Assembly (NCBI GenBank): GCA_951406725.2
Contig: OX597819.1
Coordinates: forward strand, 121,024,001-121,088,000
Length of the DNA stretch: 64,000 bases
Reading direction: 5' to 3'
Origin: Octopus vulgaris
Taxonomy: Eukaryota
The notes beneath the pieces are model-generated. The model had not been told where the DNA came from. It was given only the letters and a program-made list of their open reading frames with translations, and ran no database searches. The stretch's first letter is position 1; every line of letters begins with the position of its first letter. The position numbers and the translations under genes are program-made. Below are positions 28,231-42,023 of this stretch, piece after piece.

Positions 28231-28876
28231 AAGGCGGCGAGCTGGCAGAACCATTATCAAGCCGAGCGAAATGCTTAGTGGTATCTCGTCTTCTGCTACG
28301 TTTAGAGTTCAAATTCTGCCGAGGTCGACTTTGCCTTTCATCTTTCGAGGTCAATAAATTAAGTACCATTTGCGTACTGGGGTTGATCTCTAATCGACTT
28401 AATCCCTCTGCTTGTCCTTGTTTGTCCCCTCTATGTTTAGCCCCTTGCAGGCAATAAAGAAGTAAGAAACGTTAGCACGCCGGGCGAAAAGCTTCGCGGG
28501 AATTCAAATTCCTCTGTGGTTGACTTTGCCTTTTATCTTTCAAGGTCCATAAATTATGTACCAGTTGCGTACTGGGGCCGATCTAATCGACTGGCTCCCT
28601 CCCCCAAAATTTCGGGCCTTGTTCCTAGAGTAGAAAACATTATTAATGATTCGATTTGTAAGGCGGCGAGCTGGCAGAAACGTTAGCATTCCAGGCGAAA
28701 TGCTTAGCGGGATTTCGTCTGTGTGCACGTTCTCAGTTCAAATTCCGCCGATGTCGACTTTGCCTTTTATCTTTCGAGGTTGATAAATTAAGTACCAGTT
28801 GCATACTGAGGTCGATCTAATCGACTGCCCCTACCTACCACCAAATTTCAGCCCTTGTGCCTAGAGTAGAAAAGAA
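28231..28876 (+). mobile_element. Two adjacent SINE family A copies
   Basis: Heads aaggcggcgagctggcagaa at ~28231 and ~28660. Confidence 0.9.
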
Positions 28877-29349
28877 TATTCTTATTTCTTGTGTTCTTAG
28901 AGTGTTTGGAGAATAGTTCTGATTTTTACCGTAAATTTATCTTCGGAGGAACAGCGATAGTTTAGTTCTCCCTCTAAATCCATAAAATATTTAACAATGT
29001 GGGAAATTACAAGGAATACTAATGACTTGTTGGTACGCAGTATTTTGTGATGCAACCATAATAAAGGGTTAGATGGCTGATGAAGGGACAATCCCCCGAA
29101 ATATTGCATGTAGGCCCATTGCCCTTTTTTTCATTTTTGATCTCATTGTTTGTTTACATCTGACATCTCGTATACGAAACGTCGAAACCAATATCAGTGC
29201 TGGCAATAATTCCTTTAGAATTTCTAGGCAGATAACCGTAACAAATTACAAAGAATGTCTCGGAGTTATATGTGCATGTGTATTGTTTATGGTAAACGAA
29301 AGTTGACGAGGATAGTGAGAAAGTTACGTAAAGATTGATTGCATCTTAG

Positions 29350-29675
29350 CCTATGGTAGGTGGATGGTTATACCATCACCTTGAAGAAATTTTGGTCGAA
29401 CAAATCGACACCAGAAATTACTTACTTTACGTCCGGTATTTTTTTATCGAAGACTTTTGCCGAACGGCTAAGTTACGGGCAGCGAATAGTATTGGTTCTC
29501 AGGAAGGGACAAACACTGACATAAAGACACGTACACACAAGCACACACACACACACGCAAACACACAAATGTGATTGGCTTCTACACAGTTTCCGTCTAC
29601 CAAATTTACTCACAAGGTATCGGTCTTTCAGGGGCTGTGGTACAAGACATTTGGTTAATGCGACGCGCAGTGGGA
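29350..29675 (-). mobile_element. Degenerate SINE family B
   Basis: ttttgccgaacggctaagttacggg and agtttccgtctaccaaat. Confidence 0.7.
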
Positions 29676-30117
29676 AACAGAGTGAATCGGAAGACGTAAT
29701 TAGAATCGGCGTCGTGACCGATATTAGTGATGAGAATAGTCATTAATCAGTTCTTCAACACGAAAGACAAACGTTGTGTTGTGAATGTCAAAGTACATCT
29801 TAGACACGATTGATTGACAAGAATTCGATAGACTTAGGTAAACGAGTCAGGACGTGGAAACGAAGCTACTAAATGATCTACAACATTTTGGGAAGAGCGT
29901 ATGCCACTCAATTCCATTCACATTCGTTGACTATTCGGTACAGGTAATATGCCAGAAAAAAGCTATTGAAGTTTACTGCCTACCTCAAAGACCGGTCTTC
30001 ACACAGACGGAAGGGCATTGAGTATTTCATGAAGATGATACCAGCAATTAGAAAAGATTTTGTAGTAAATAGTTTTGCGAGGGGAACAACTAGCTGTCAC
30101 CAATACAAGGTGGTTTC

Positions 30118-30497
30118 AGGCGATGATCTGGCAGAAACGTTAACACGCCGGACGAAATACTTAGCGGTATTTCGTCTGCCGTTACGTTCTGATTTCAAAT
30201 TCTGCCGAGGTCGACTTTGCCTTTCATCCCTTCGGGGTCGATCAAATAAGTACTAGTTACGCACTGGGGTCGATATAATCGACTTAATCCGTTTGTCTGT
30301 TCTTGTTTGTCCCCTCTGAGTGCAGCTCCTTCTGGGCAGTAAAGAAACAGGTATTTCGTCAGTTTTTACGTTCTGAGTTCAAATTCCGTCGAGGTCGACT
30401 TTGCCTTTTATTCATTCTGGGTCGATAAATTAAGTACCAGTTACATACCGGAGTCGATCTAATCGACTGGTCTCCTCCCCCAAAATGTCGGGCCTTG
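30118..30497 (+). mobile_element. SINE family A dimer
   Basis: Family A motifs twice. Confidence 0.9.
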
Positions 30498-31492
30498 AAA
30501 TGAACATAAGTTGGTCTTACTAATAAGTTCCACAAACATTACGTAGGTATACACACCATAGCTTTACCGACATACCACTGAATACAAGGGAATACCAGTG
30601 AATACCAGTGCTATATTAGTAATTTATTTACTACCTCTATCCTTCTGCTCATATAAAAAAATTATTTATATGTGTGCGAATGTTTAATACTAACATATAA
30701 ACTAGATATTAGCCCGTTCAAAACCTGTAATTTACGACGCTATGGTTTACAAATGCATGACACGAAAATATAAATAAATAAATAAATAAATAAATAATGT
30801 AGTCGATAGAGCGCCTACGACATTCAAAATCCTCGAGCGGGGTTCAATTTTTGATTGAAGCAAACAAACTCTACTTAACAGTGTACAATCTTCGTGTCCT
30901 TGATATAAATATAAAACTCATAAATTCGCTTTTGCATTGTCAATAAACTGTGGCTTCGTACTTAAGTACGCAAACAATGGATGAGTTAAATAGGAGATAA
31001 GCTCCTTGTTTATGTAAGACGAAAGTGGTGGTGGGTGGGTTATTTCCTTGTTATAAATATGACGAAATATAAAATATAGATTAGTAAGTTTGTTTCGCGA
31101 GCACTCGAGCGTAGAATACTACTATTATGACTGATATGACACAACATTGTGTGTTTGAGTGAATTAATGCAATAGATTACGTCTTGTGATAAACTAAAGA
31201 GATTATAGGATTGATAAGAGGACGAGAAACAGCTGCTGTGGAAAGGACTTTACAAGCTGAATGAGGCCGTTTTGTTACAGACGTAATTGTTGAAATCAAG
31301 TTCAGACTTCCAGTTCATTGTGTAATAATATATTCATGTCCTATCACTGCCAGCTGTTTAATAATGTAACTCTGAAGCAATTGATTTGACCTGAAGTTAG
31401 AGGTCGATTTTTTTATATATATATTTCTTCGTCATCCCGAGGACTCATAAATTCGATACCCGGCTTTCGAGGTGTGAATATATGGGATCGCG

Positions 31493-31875
31493 AAGGCGGT
31501 GATCTGGCAGAAACGTTAGCACGACGGGCGAAATGCGTAGCCGTATTTCGTCTGCCGTTACGTTCAAATTCCGCCGAGGTCGACTTTGCCTTTCATCCTT
31601 TCGGGGTCGATAAATTAAGTACCAGTTGCACACTGGAGTCAATGTAATCGACTTAATCCGTTTGTCTGTCCTTCTTTGACCCCTCTGTGCTTAGCCCCTT
31701 GTGGGTAGTAAAGAAATAGGTATTTCGTCTGCCGTTACGTTCTGAGTTCAAATTCCACCGAGGTCGACTTTGCCTTTCATCCTTTCGTAGTCGATAAATT
31801 AATTACCAGTTACACACTGGGGTCGATGTAATCGACTTAATCCGCTTGTCTGTCCTTGTTTGTCCACTCTGTGTT
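31493..31875 (+). mobile_element. SINE family A dimer
   Basis: Family A motifs twice. Confidence 0.9.
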
Positions 31876-31960
31876 GATCGCGATTAGAGTACTCCCTCTT
31901 CAGTGGGACACCAGTTCGTTGCATGGCTCAAGGCCTCTAATATATTTTTTTTATTTATAG

Positions 31961-32368
31961 GGGTGCAGCAGTGGCTGTGTGGTTAGTAGCCTGCTTACCA
32001 ACCACATGGTTCCGGGTTCAGTCCCACTGCGTGACACCTTGGGTGAGTGTCTTCTACTATAGCCTCGGGGCGACCAAAGACTTGTGAGAGGATTTGGTAA
32101 ACGGGAACTGAAAGAAGCCCGTCGTATATATGTCTATATATATATGTACGTGTGTATATGTTTGTGTGTCTGTGTTTGTCCCCCAACATCGCTTGACAAC
32201 CGATGGTGGTGTGTTTACGTCCCCGTAACTTAGCACTTCGGTAAAAGAAACCGATAAAAAAAGTAGCAGGCTTCCGAAGAAAAAGTCCTGGGGTCGGTTT
32301 GCTCGACTAAAGGCGGTGCTCCAGCATGGCCGCAGTCAAATGACTGAAGCAAGTAAAAGAGTAAAAGA
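31961..32368 (+). mobile_element. SINE family B
   Basis: Full copy. Confidence 0.9.
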
Positions 32369-32745
32369 GAACGAGCAAATTTAAACGTTGAACCAGTGTT
32401 TCACTGGTAATTCATTTTATCGACGCCGAGAGCATAAGAAGCGTTGAACTCGGCGTGATTTGAACTCAGAACGTAAAAAGCTGTAAGAAAGGCGGCTAAG
32501 CACTTTGTCCGGCGTTGTAACGTGACTGTTACTGGTCGGTTACAACTTGAAATTTGTGGCACGCTGCTGCTGTTTTATTTCTCCGCTCTTTGTCAAAGTT
32601 ATCGCCAACAAAGCAAAGGTTTATTTATTGTCTCAAATGCAATGTAGCAGAATTCCACTCTAAATATTTTGAGGAAAGATTTAACTTGAAAAGATACCGA
32701 TAATCAAACTGAAGTAGTTGACTTCGAGAACACTAGTAATGACCT

Positions 32746-33053
32746 GTGGAGGCACATGGCCTAATGGTTAGAGCAGCAGACTCGCGGTCGAAGGATCGCG
32801 GGTTCGAATCTCAGACCTGGCGATGTGTGTGTTTATGAGCGAAACACCTAATCTCCACGTGACTCCGGCAGAAGGTAACGGCGAACTTCTGCTGAGTCGT
32901 CCGCCACAACTTTCTCTCACTCTTCCCTCCTACATCTTGCAGCTCACCTGCGACGGAACGGCGTCCCGTCCAGGTGGGGAACCTATATGCCAAGGAAACC
33001 GGGAAAACGGCTTTTATGAGCCACGCGTGGCTCGAGAAGGAACAAACAAAAAC
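32746..33053 (+). mobile_element. tRNA(Arg)-like SINE family D with 17-bp TSD
   Basis: tggcctaatggttagagc...gggttcgaatc and V/Meta-like cctgcgacggaacggcgtcccgtccagg. TSD aacactagtaatgacct at 32729-32745 and 33054-33070. Confidence 0.92.
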
Positions 33054-33846
33054 AACACTAGTAATGACCTATGACATCAAATAGTAATAAATATAATTCA
33101 GGTCCTTCGTCGGTCACATCTTTTAACGTATTTCATCTTAAATTGCAAAGATTTGACTTGTGAAGGACTGTCAGATGTCCGTAGGTACAAATCTCCTGTC
33201 TCCTCTCTCCATATCTTTGATATTGTCTGAGGCAAAGGCTTTCATTTTAACACAGGGCCCACCATGATCCTCATTTGGGGATCTGCGAAAAACGGTCTCA
33301 CTGCCGATTGTTCGTTGTATTTAAAGTGAATTGCTTATGTACTTTGCATTTTCAGAGATGTGTTTTAAAATATTTAGTAGTTAAAGTTTGTCATTATTAG
33401 CTCTGGCTAATTCTAGAGGACATTTTATGTTATAAATCACAATTTTTGAACCACAAAAGTATTGACTCTTTTGAAAACCTTTTTTCTTTCTTTTTTTTTT
33501 TGCATTTCCCATCTATTATCATTCATCGAAATTTCATACACATTTGCATTTGCATACTGTAACTAAAATGTTTAATATTGCAATTGAATAGAAAAGGATA
33601 AATATGTTTTTTTCGAAAAATTTATTATAGTTTCCTAAATAATTCACACATTAAAATATTTAAATACTATATATTATTTTAACTCCTAAGACACCTGACA
33701 AAATAAAAAAAAATATGAATAAAAAAACTTGGCAGAGAATAGGTTAAGGTCGATACAGACACCCACTGCTTGACAACCCATGTTAGTTTGCATACGTTCC
33801 TGTTACTTAGTTGTTTAGCAAATGAGACAGAAACAGCAAGCAGCAG

Positions 33847-34230
33847 TGGAGGCGCAATGGCCCAGTGGGTAAGGCAGCGGACTCGCGGTCGGAGGATCGC
33901 GTTTTCGCTTCCCAGACCGGGCGTTTGTGTGTGTATATTGAACGAAAACACCTAAAGCTCCACGAGGCTCCGGCAGGGGGGGGCGACCCTTGTTATACTG
34001 TTGTACTCTTTCGCTTCAACTATCTCTCACTCTTTCTTCCTCTATCTTGTTCCCGACTTCCTACGTAACCCTGAGCCTGGATGTGCATTCATCCATCCAT
34101 CGATGCTCTCGGTGTCGGGGGTTGAGCTGCTTTCTCTTCTGCGGGTCTTATGAATAGCAAAGGACCACGTTTCGGACTTCTCCCACTACTGGGACGAAGA
34201 CCGCTTCGCCCAACAAACAAACAAACAAAC
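33847..34230 (+). mobile_element. tRNA(Arg)-like SINE family E with (CAAA)n tail and 16-bp TSD
   Basis: Head related to family D but a different body. TSD aaacagcaagcagcag at 33831-33846 and 34231-34246. Confidence 0.9.
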
Positions 34231-34862
34231 AAACAGCAAGCAGCAGACTTCAAAAAATATAAACTATTTGAGGCGATTTTTCAACTAAAATCCGCCATGG
34301 GTTTGCCCCAACATGGCCGCAGTATAATAACTGAAATATTTAAAAACGTAAGGGATATGACAGAAACATAGACCCCAGATATAATCGTATTAGTAATGAA
34401 AATTTGGAAGATGTCATGTTTTACAGAAGACAATGTTCTAGCATGACCAATGTCCACTCTTTGAAACCAATAAAATAACAATTTAATATATATTAAAATC
34501 GAATGAAAATAAAGAGTCACGATTGGGTAGAGAACTGAGAAAACATTGAAAGATGTGGGAGAAAGGCTGCTATCGTAGAAAAGTAGGAACGTGGCCAAAA
34601 TAGATGTTCAACAGACTGGAAGAGACTTAAACTGGAACCCAGATAAGGGAATTGTAGCAAACTTATATTCTGTAAGAATCTGGAGCAAACTCATTGAGAG
34701 TTACGGAGATTGACGGAGATGAAAATTAGGGTAAAACTCCGTTGACATGATCAGTGTGGAACTGGGCTGCATAAACAATGTCAACGACAGCAATAACAAT
34801 AATAATAACTAAATCGTTTATTGGCCACAAGAGCTTACATAAAATTTAAAATGCATTCAATA

Positions 34863-35267
34863 GGCCTAGGAGTGGCTGTGTGGTAAGTAACATGATTACG
34901 AACCACATGGTTCCAGGTTCAGTCCCACTACGTGGCACCTTGGACAAGTGTCTTCTACTATAGCCTCGGGCCGACCAAAGCCTTGTGAGTGGATTTGGTA
35001 GATGGAAACTGAAAGAAGCTCGTCGTATATAAGTATATATATATGTGTATGTGTGTGTGTATATATTTGTGCGTCTGTGTCTGTCCTCCCAACATCGCTT
35101 GACGACCGATGCTGGTGTGTTTACGCCCCCGTGACTTAGCGGTTCGGCAAAAGAGACCGGTAAAATAAGTACTAGGCTTACGAAGAATAAGTCCTGGGGT
35201 CGATTTCCTCGACTACAGGCGATACTCCAGCATGGCCACAGTCAAATGACTTAAACAAGTAAAAGAG
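34863..35267 (+). mobile_element. SINE family B
   Basis: Full copy. Confidence 0.9.
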
Positions 35268-35279
35268 TATATTATAAAA

Positions 35280-35745
35280 ATGACAAAAGCAGGACGATGT
35301 AATTTGTTTCACAACGTATAAACGATATAATAACAATTAAGATTAAACAATTTAAAACCCCCAATAGGGGAGGCGCTTTAGGGACTACGTGGAAAAAAGC
35401 CACAAAGGCACGGGTGCCTGAACAGCCCTTCTCCTTTGGTTTGCAGGTGCACGCTCAGAATTGGTCCTTTCACACTGGCCATTCTTCCAACATTCACACA
35501 CCTTTCAGAAAACTTGCTACAAGGCAACACTTCCCTCTCCACCCTCAACTTCCTTTTCACGTGAAACCTGAAAAAGTTGATGAGGGCTTGGCCAAAGAGG
35601 AAAGTGTCTGACTTAAGCACTTTCAAACGGGTCCACCTTACTACCACTTTCGCTACAGCCACTAAACAAATAAAAATTGCCGTCCCTTTCCGGCCAAAAG
35701 AGGGCGGCAGACCAATTTTCACAATGGATTTAGCGGATACATAGC
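35280..35745 (-). mobile_element. Probable L1/Tx1-clade LINE 3' fragment
   Basis: Peptide FICLVAVAKVVVRWTR..ALINFFRFHVKRKLRVERE..FSERCVNV resembles a Tx1 ORF2 C-terminus, followed by a T-rich 3' UTR. Confidence 0.55.
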
Positions 35746-35759
35746 AACAACAAAAATAG

Positions 35760-36675
35760 TAACAGATTAAGTCGATTACATGGACCCCAGTGCGTAACTG
35801 GTACTTATTTAATCGACCCCGAAAGGATGAATAGCAAAGTCAACCTCGGTGGAATCCGACCTCAGATATATTCCTTTCTGTAACAGGTTGAAGATTTGGA
35901 ATTTTGGAGGAGAGACTAGTCTATTACATTGACCTCAGTGCTCAACAGGTACTTATTTCATCGACCTCGATGGCATGAAAGGCAAAGTTGATCTCGGTGG
36001 ATTTTTGAACGTAAAGACAGACGAAATGCCGATAAACATTTTTGTACGGCGTGCTAACGGTTCTGCCAGCTCACCGCCCATTACAAGAGCAACAATAACA
36101 GCAACAATAATAATTCTATCGACCCCGAAATGAAGATCTCTGAGAATTTGAACTCAAAACAACCCGAATAAATGTCGCTAGGTATTTTATCCGATACTCT
36201 GGCAATTATACCAACTTGTCGCCTTGATAACAAAGCTGACAAGAATAACAATAATAATTCTTTGTACTATAGGCACAAGGCCTGAAATTTTTTTGGAGGA
36301 GGGGAGGATGAGTCTATTACATCGACCCCAGTGCGTAACTGGTACTTAATTCATCGACCCAGAAAGAATGAAAGGCAAAGTCGACCTCGGCGCAATTAGA
36401 ACTCAGAACGTAACGGCAGACGAAAAGCCGCTAAGCAATTCGCCTGGTATGCTAATGTTTCTTATTTCTTTATTGCCCACAAGGAGCTAAACATAGAGGG
36501 TTCAAACAAGGACAGACAAAGGGATTAAGTCGATTACATCGACCCCAGTGCGTAACTGATACTTAATTTATCGACCCCTAAGGGATGAAAAGCAAAATCG
36601 ACCTCAGTGGAATCTGACCTTAGAACGTAAATACCGCTAACATTACGCCGGCGTGCTAACGTTTCTGACAGCTCC
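35760..36675 (-). mobile_element. Cluster of SINE family A copies
   Basis: Multiple atcgaccccgaaaggatgaa units. Confidence 0.85.
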
Positions 36676-36947
36676 CCAACTTTTTAATCTAACCATTCTA
36701 TCATTCTATTTGCTAATAGAGAATTATTTTCGAAAATTATGTAATCGTGATTAACCTTTTGAAGCTTATTCGGAAACTGTTGAAGAAACAAAGGCTATGT
36801 TTTTCGTGAAGATGAATAAGTTTCTTTCCCCTCGAAGCTATTTGAAGATTACTTTTGCTAAAAGAAATTCTAATTATATATGGGATGAGTTAGCACTGTA
36901 ACAGGTCTAGCTTCAAGCATCCCTTAAGGCTCTCTATTACAAAGAAT

Positions 36948-37105
<158 letters not shown>

Positions 37106-37565
37106 AATGACAAATATAAGTTTCCGGGAAGAAATTTGCGCAGAAATTATTTATTAATTGTGTGATAAATTCCCAGAAGCATTTGTTAAGTAAATCTGAA
37201 AATGAGATTGTCTTTTTGTGATGTAGAACTCTTGACTTCCTTTTGATATCAAGTCATATATATGTGTAAATATATATATGTGTAAATTAATATGAACAGC
37301 TAGGCGCAATATAAGACCATAAAGGAAAATGTTAATCGCCAATAATTGTGATAGAGGATACTGAAACAACCATGTAGCAAGAAATAAGAGTTAAAATCTC
37401 TTAATGCTCTATGAAGTGCGTAATATATTTACACTGGTAGTTACATCCCCTCTCGGTGTATATGTACTGTATGCTTCATACAGCATTTTAGAGATTATAT
37501 CGCTTATCCCCTGCAATATAGTCGCTTCGATAATCTCGGCCACAATTAGTGACCTTTAAAGTATG

Positions 37566-37644
<79 letters not shown>

Positions 37645-37647
<3 letters not shown>

Positions 37648-37797
37648 AAATTTGAAAACGCCACTATATAAGATAAATTTTAATTTTCTGAGAGATTTTA
37701 AATGTTCCGGCTCTTCTTGAAAAAATGAAGAAGCCACAGATGTAAAATCTCTCAGAAAATTAAAATTTATCTTATATAGTGGAGTTTTCAAACTTCT
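37645..37797. repeat. ~150-bp palindrome between (TA)n and (CA)n
   Basis: agaaatttgaaaacgccactatataagataaattttaattttctgagagatttta pairs with taaaatctctcagaaaattaaaatttatcttatatagtggagttttcaaacttct. Confidence 0.9.
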
Positions 37798-37872
<75 letters not shown>

Positions 37873-38297
37873 CATATAATTATCCGGATGTATTTTATGT
37901 TCGTCCTATAATAAGAATTATCTCCGTAGATTTCTAATGATATTTTGTCATATTTCATATACATTTTTTTTTAAAAACACGCATAGGTATGAAAGTATAT
38001 AAAGATCTAATCAATATTAGATTTATTTTATTAAAGCAAAATTTAGTAAATTTCCTCAAATAAAATAAATGAATCACATTGGATATAAAAATGGATTAAG
38101 TTTTTATTTCACATTTCATATTCTCAAGGTTTCCATAAATAGAACATCATAATAATGAATATACAAATACCTCAAAAATGCTATGTATATTTTAAACGTC
38201 TTTTTGGTTATTATTTTTAATTTACTTAAATCTCACCTACTGAAGATGACAAATTCGACCTTTAACTTTGGTTTAATAAAATAAGTTTGAAATTGAT

Positions 38298-38330
<33 letters not shown>

Positions 38331-38333
<3 letters not shown>

Positions 38334-38517
38334 CCACTACACACATTTTTTCTCTCCTTGTTTCTCTCCTTTTTTTCTGTGTCCCTTTCTGTAGAAGAGC
38401 GTAGGCTCGAAACGTAAAAGACTTTTTCTATTCCTGAGCGTTATACTAATACATATGTTTGTCTTGTACACCACCTGTCTTCATCATCTTTTGTTATTTT
38501 TTTCGTAAATTTTCCAT
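38331..38517 (+). mobile_element. Family F element with HHR-like motif at 38385-38420
   Basis: CUUU-CUGUAGA-A-GAGC guag GCUC-GAAAC-GUA-AAAG. Flanked by (TA)n. Confidence 0.75.
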
Positions 38518-38598
38518 ATATATATATATATATTGTATAAATTCTTTTTCGTAAAAAGACCAAGGCTGTGTAGATTTTAGAACATTTATTGATAGAAT

Positions 38599-38646
38599 GT
38601 CTTACAGCCGTTTCCAGGATATTTATCATATCCCTTCACCGGAGAC
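38599..38646 (-). ncRNA. Degenerate type-I hammerhead motif
   Basis: GUCU-CCGGUGA-a GGGAUAU gauaa AUAUCCU g-GAAAC ggcu GUA-AGAC. The core differs from CUGAUGA at two positions. Confidence 0.65.
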
Positions 38647-38714
38647 GGTGTGGAGGATGGTTAAGAAATAGCTTATGTAGATAATATATAAAATAGAGAG
38701 TGAGGTAGGATATA

Positions 38715-38766
<52 letters not shown>

Positions 38767-39185
38767 AATTCTAGAATGAAAATATCGTGTTTTCTGTCAA
38801 ACCTTCAGAATCTGTTACTACTCCAGCTTTTCTGCATTCGAACATGTAAGGAAATCGAGAAATTGATATTTATAATACATACAATATCCATTACAAACAC
38901 CAGCAATGGCTTTACTCAGTACCGTTTCAGGTCGTTGGACCTGCGTGACGGTCATTGACATTTTTATTCATCAATATTGATACTCATTATTAATACACAC
39001 CGATAAATACGCATGCGTGGAAATTTACTTGGTGTAAAAACAGAATGGATAACCCTCTATTTACTACAAAAAGCACTAAGTAAAAGGAGGTATTCTTATG
39101 AACACACGTAATGTGGAGAAATGACGGAGATGTAGTTGAATAGCAAGTGGCCTGATCTAAGATTGTGTGTTGAAACAAAAGTAAT

Positions 39186-39380
39186 TGCAGCGTGGAAGGT
39201 GGTTATAAGTCATTGAAAGATACACAAAAACCGTTAGACTCACTTCAGTATTCAAATTTTATTTGCCAAAATATTTCGTTGCTTTGAGACCGCGACCTGA
39301 CAAATTAAATTTAAATGTGGAAGTGAATATAATGGTTTTTGTGTGCTTTTAAATGGCTTATAAACACCTTCCACGCTGCG
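39186..39380. repeat. Imperfect palindrome, ~72-bp arms
   Basis: gcagcgtggaaggtggttataag...caaattt pairs with aaattt...cttataaacaccttccacgctgc. Confidence 0.85.
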
Positions 39381-40553
39381 ATTGTTAAAATGAGAAAACT
39401 TCAGATACATTTCTTGTTTTTCTAGAATCTGTATTTTCCGATTCATTTTCATCCCTCAATAGCTTCATCACAAGGAAGGGCTGAGGCTGTACACTTTTTG
39501 CTTTCAAAGTTTCCAATATTGGCGGAAGACAAGGAGCAAGGGTTTTCCTCGGAATAGCAATGTAACAAAAACGTTCATTGAAAAATTGATTCCACAAGTC
39601 ACATAGAATGATACAAAAACAAACCTATAAAACTCAGTTACAAATCTAAGATGGACATACATCTATATACTTATAAACAAATAGATAGTGATAGAACTTA
39701 ATAATTCATTAACGCAAGGTGAATTGTACAAATATATATATATATATGTGGAAGTGGATGCAGTCAGTGCGTGACATGTTTACTTCTCGGGTTTTGGCTG
39801 TTATTAGTAATCACGAGAAATTCCCTCTGTTGCGAGGATGACATAGGGTTCTATATGACCTGAGAAGGGCTATAACGTAGTACAAAGAGCACATTAATAA
39901 TGAAAGGAAAAGCATGATGTGTTTGCGCGCGTAGAGGGGCTTCACTGCTTTCAGATCTCAATTTGAATTCTAACATTGATGGCGCCTGTTTTGTCATACA
40001 GTTCACCGCGTTTACTTAGAACAAAGTTAACTTTTGACTTCATAGGAGTGAATTCAACTTCATATATAACAGCTGCAGCGCTGCGTTGACGGGTGAAGTT
40101 TGCATACATTTGGATTTCTATCCAATTAGCCTCAGTTGATTGCGTTAATTTACATATTTATCAGGTCTTTGTAACACAGATATCTCAGTTAAACATTGTT
40201 TCCTATTAAATTGTTTATCATTTATAGTTGTCTATTACAAAATACAATACATATTAAGAATAACTGGGAAGTTTTTCTTCTAATTTTGAACCTAACCTTT
40301 AAGAGAGACAATGGTAATAATGCTATGGCTAAAGTGTGAGTATACGTGATCTTGTTTTCAAATTCAAAAAACCTCTAGTAATTTATTGCATTGACTCCCC
40401 GTTGTCGAAAATTGTTTGATCACTGACTCATAACACCACAAGACCTGGGTGTGGGGTAGCTTTATGTGAAATGAGGTGTTACAGTATGAAAGAAAGAAAG
40501 AAAGAAAGAAAGAAAGGGTTAGCAAGCTGGTTCTTGTAAAAGAGCATCTAATA

Positions 40554-40805
40554 CAGGGTGTTTGGGCTAAATATATCAGCTTGCACAAAAGGAAAAGAAA
40601 ACAATATTTCATTAAACAATAAAAGTATTTCTAAAAAGTCAAAAAATATCAACAATATTACGGATGAGAGATAACAGTTTCCTCAAAGTGGCCACACACA
40701 CCTTCGACCCAGGCATCAAGACGGCTCTGGAACCTGGTGCATGCATTCTTCACTGTGTCCTTAGGAAGATCTTCAAACACCATCTTGATCTTGGCTACCA
40801 GCGCA
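40554..40805 (-). mobile_element. 3' end of Tc1/mariner (probable DD37D-like) transposon
   Basis: Minus-strand peptide LVAKIKMVFEDLPKDTVKNACTRFQSRLDAWVEGVCGHFE. Terminus TA|cagggtg. Confidence 0.75.
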
Positions 40806-41286
40806 GTCTTAAGCTACAGACAGAGCAGTTGTTGTCTTCCTCAACCATTCTTTACACATAGTAACCCAGAGTAACGTGTAACAGGATACCAAAATTTTCG
40901 TCCACATGACCCTGAATTTAAATAGAGAAATAGAAGCTATTTCATTCAAAGATGAGATTACATCAACGCTAGGAGACCCGTATTTCAATAGTAAGTGGGA
41001 CCACAATATTATCTGGTTAGCATCTCCTTTTTCTCTTAGGCTTTAAGTCTAATGCTGTTCAAAATTCCTAAACGCAACGTATTTCCCATTGATACAGGAA
41101 ACTTCTTAAAAAACGAAATAAACTATGTTGCGGTTGTACTCCAGATACGAACATCTTAATAACTTCTTCATAAGTACATATGCGTAACCTCTCAACTTGT
41201 CACACAGAACCAAAGTCCTTCATCTGTCGCCCCACAAAAATAAGCTTTACCAAATTGCAAATCATTACATAATTATGTTGTAGTAA

Positions 41287-41357
<71 letters not shown>

Positions 41358-41563
41358 ATTGGGGACTAGCTCTGTAACAGCTACACCCATCATTCGTTGG
41401 TGATTCCCTACTACTGTTGGCGAATGACGCCTTTGTACCACTCGAGAGATGACCCCACCCCAGTCCATTTGTCTGTTTTGGGCAGACATTGCTGGTGAGG
41501 GTTCGACTGCGGCAGTGCTGGTGCAAACTACTTACCACATAGCCACATCTGCCTATATACATA

Positions 41564-41981
41564 TAGGCGAAGGAGTGGCTGTGTGGTAAGTAGCTTGCTT
41601 ACTAACCATATGGTTATCAGTTCAGTCCCGCTGCGTGGCACCTTGGGCAATTGTCTTTTACTATAGCCTCAGCCCAACCAAAACTTGTGAGTGGATTTGG
41701 TAGACGGAAACTGTAAGAAGACCGTCGTATATATGTATATGTATATAAATATATGTGTGTGTGTATGTGTGTGTATGTACGTTTGTGTCTGTGTTTGTCC
41801 CCACAACATCACTTGACAACCGATGCTGGTGTGTTTACGTCCCCGTAACCTAGCGGTTGGTCAAAAGAGACTGATAGAATAAGTACTAGGATTACAAAGA
41901 ATAAATTCTGGGGGTCGATTTGCTCGACTAAAAGCGGTGCTCCAGCATGGCGGCAGTCAAATGACTGAAACAAGTAAAAGA

Positions 41982-41983
<2 letters not shown>
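41564..41983 (+). mobile_element. SINE family B
   Basis: Full copy. Confidence 0.9.

Positions 41984-42023
<40 letters not shown>

Noticed and set aside
32746-32820. tRNA gene (also at 1071, 33847, 46718)
   Set aside because: Continues into a SINE body with tail and TSD, and no proper acceptor stem is evident.
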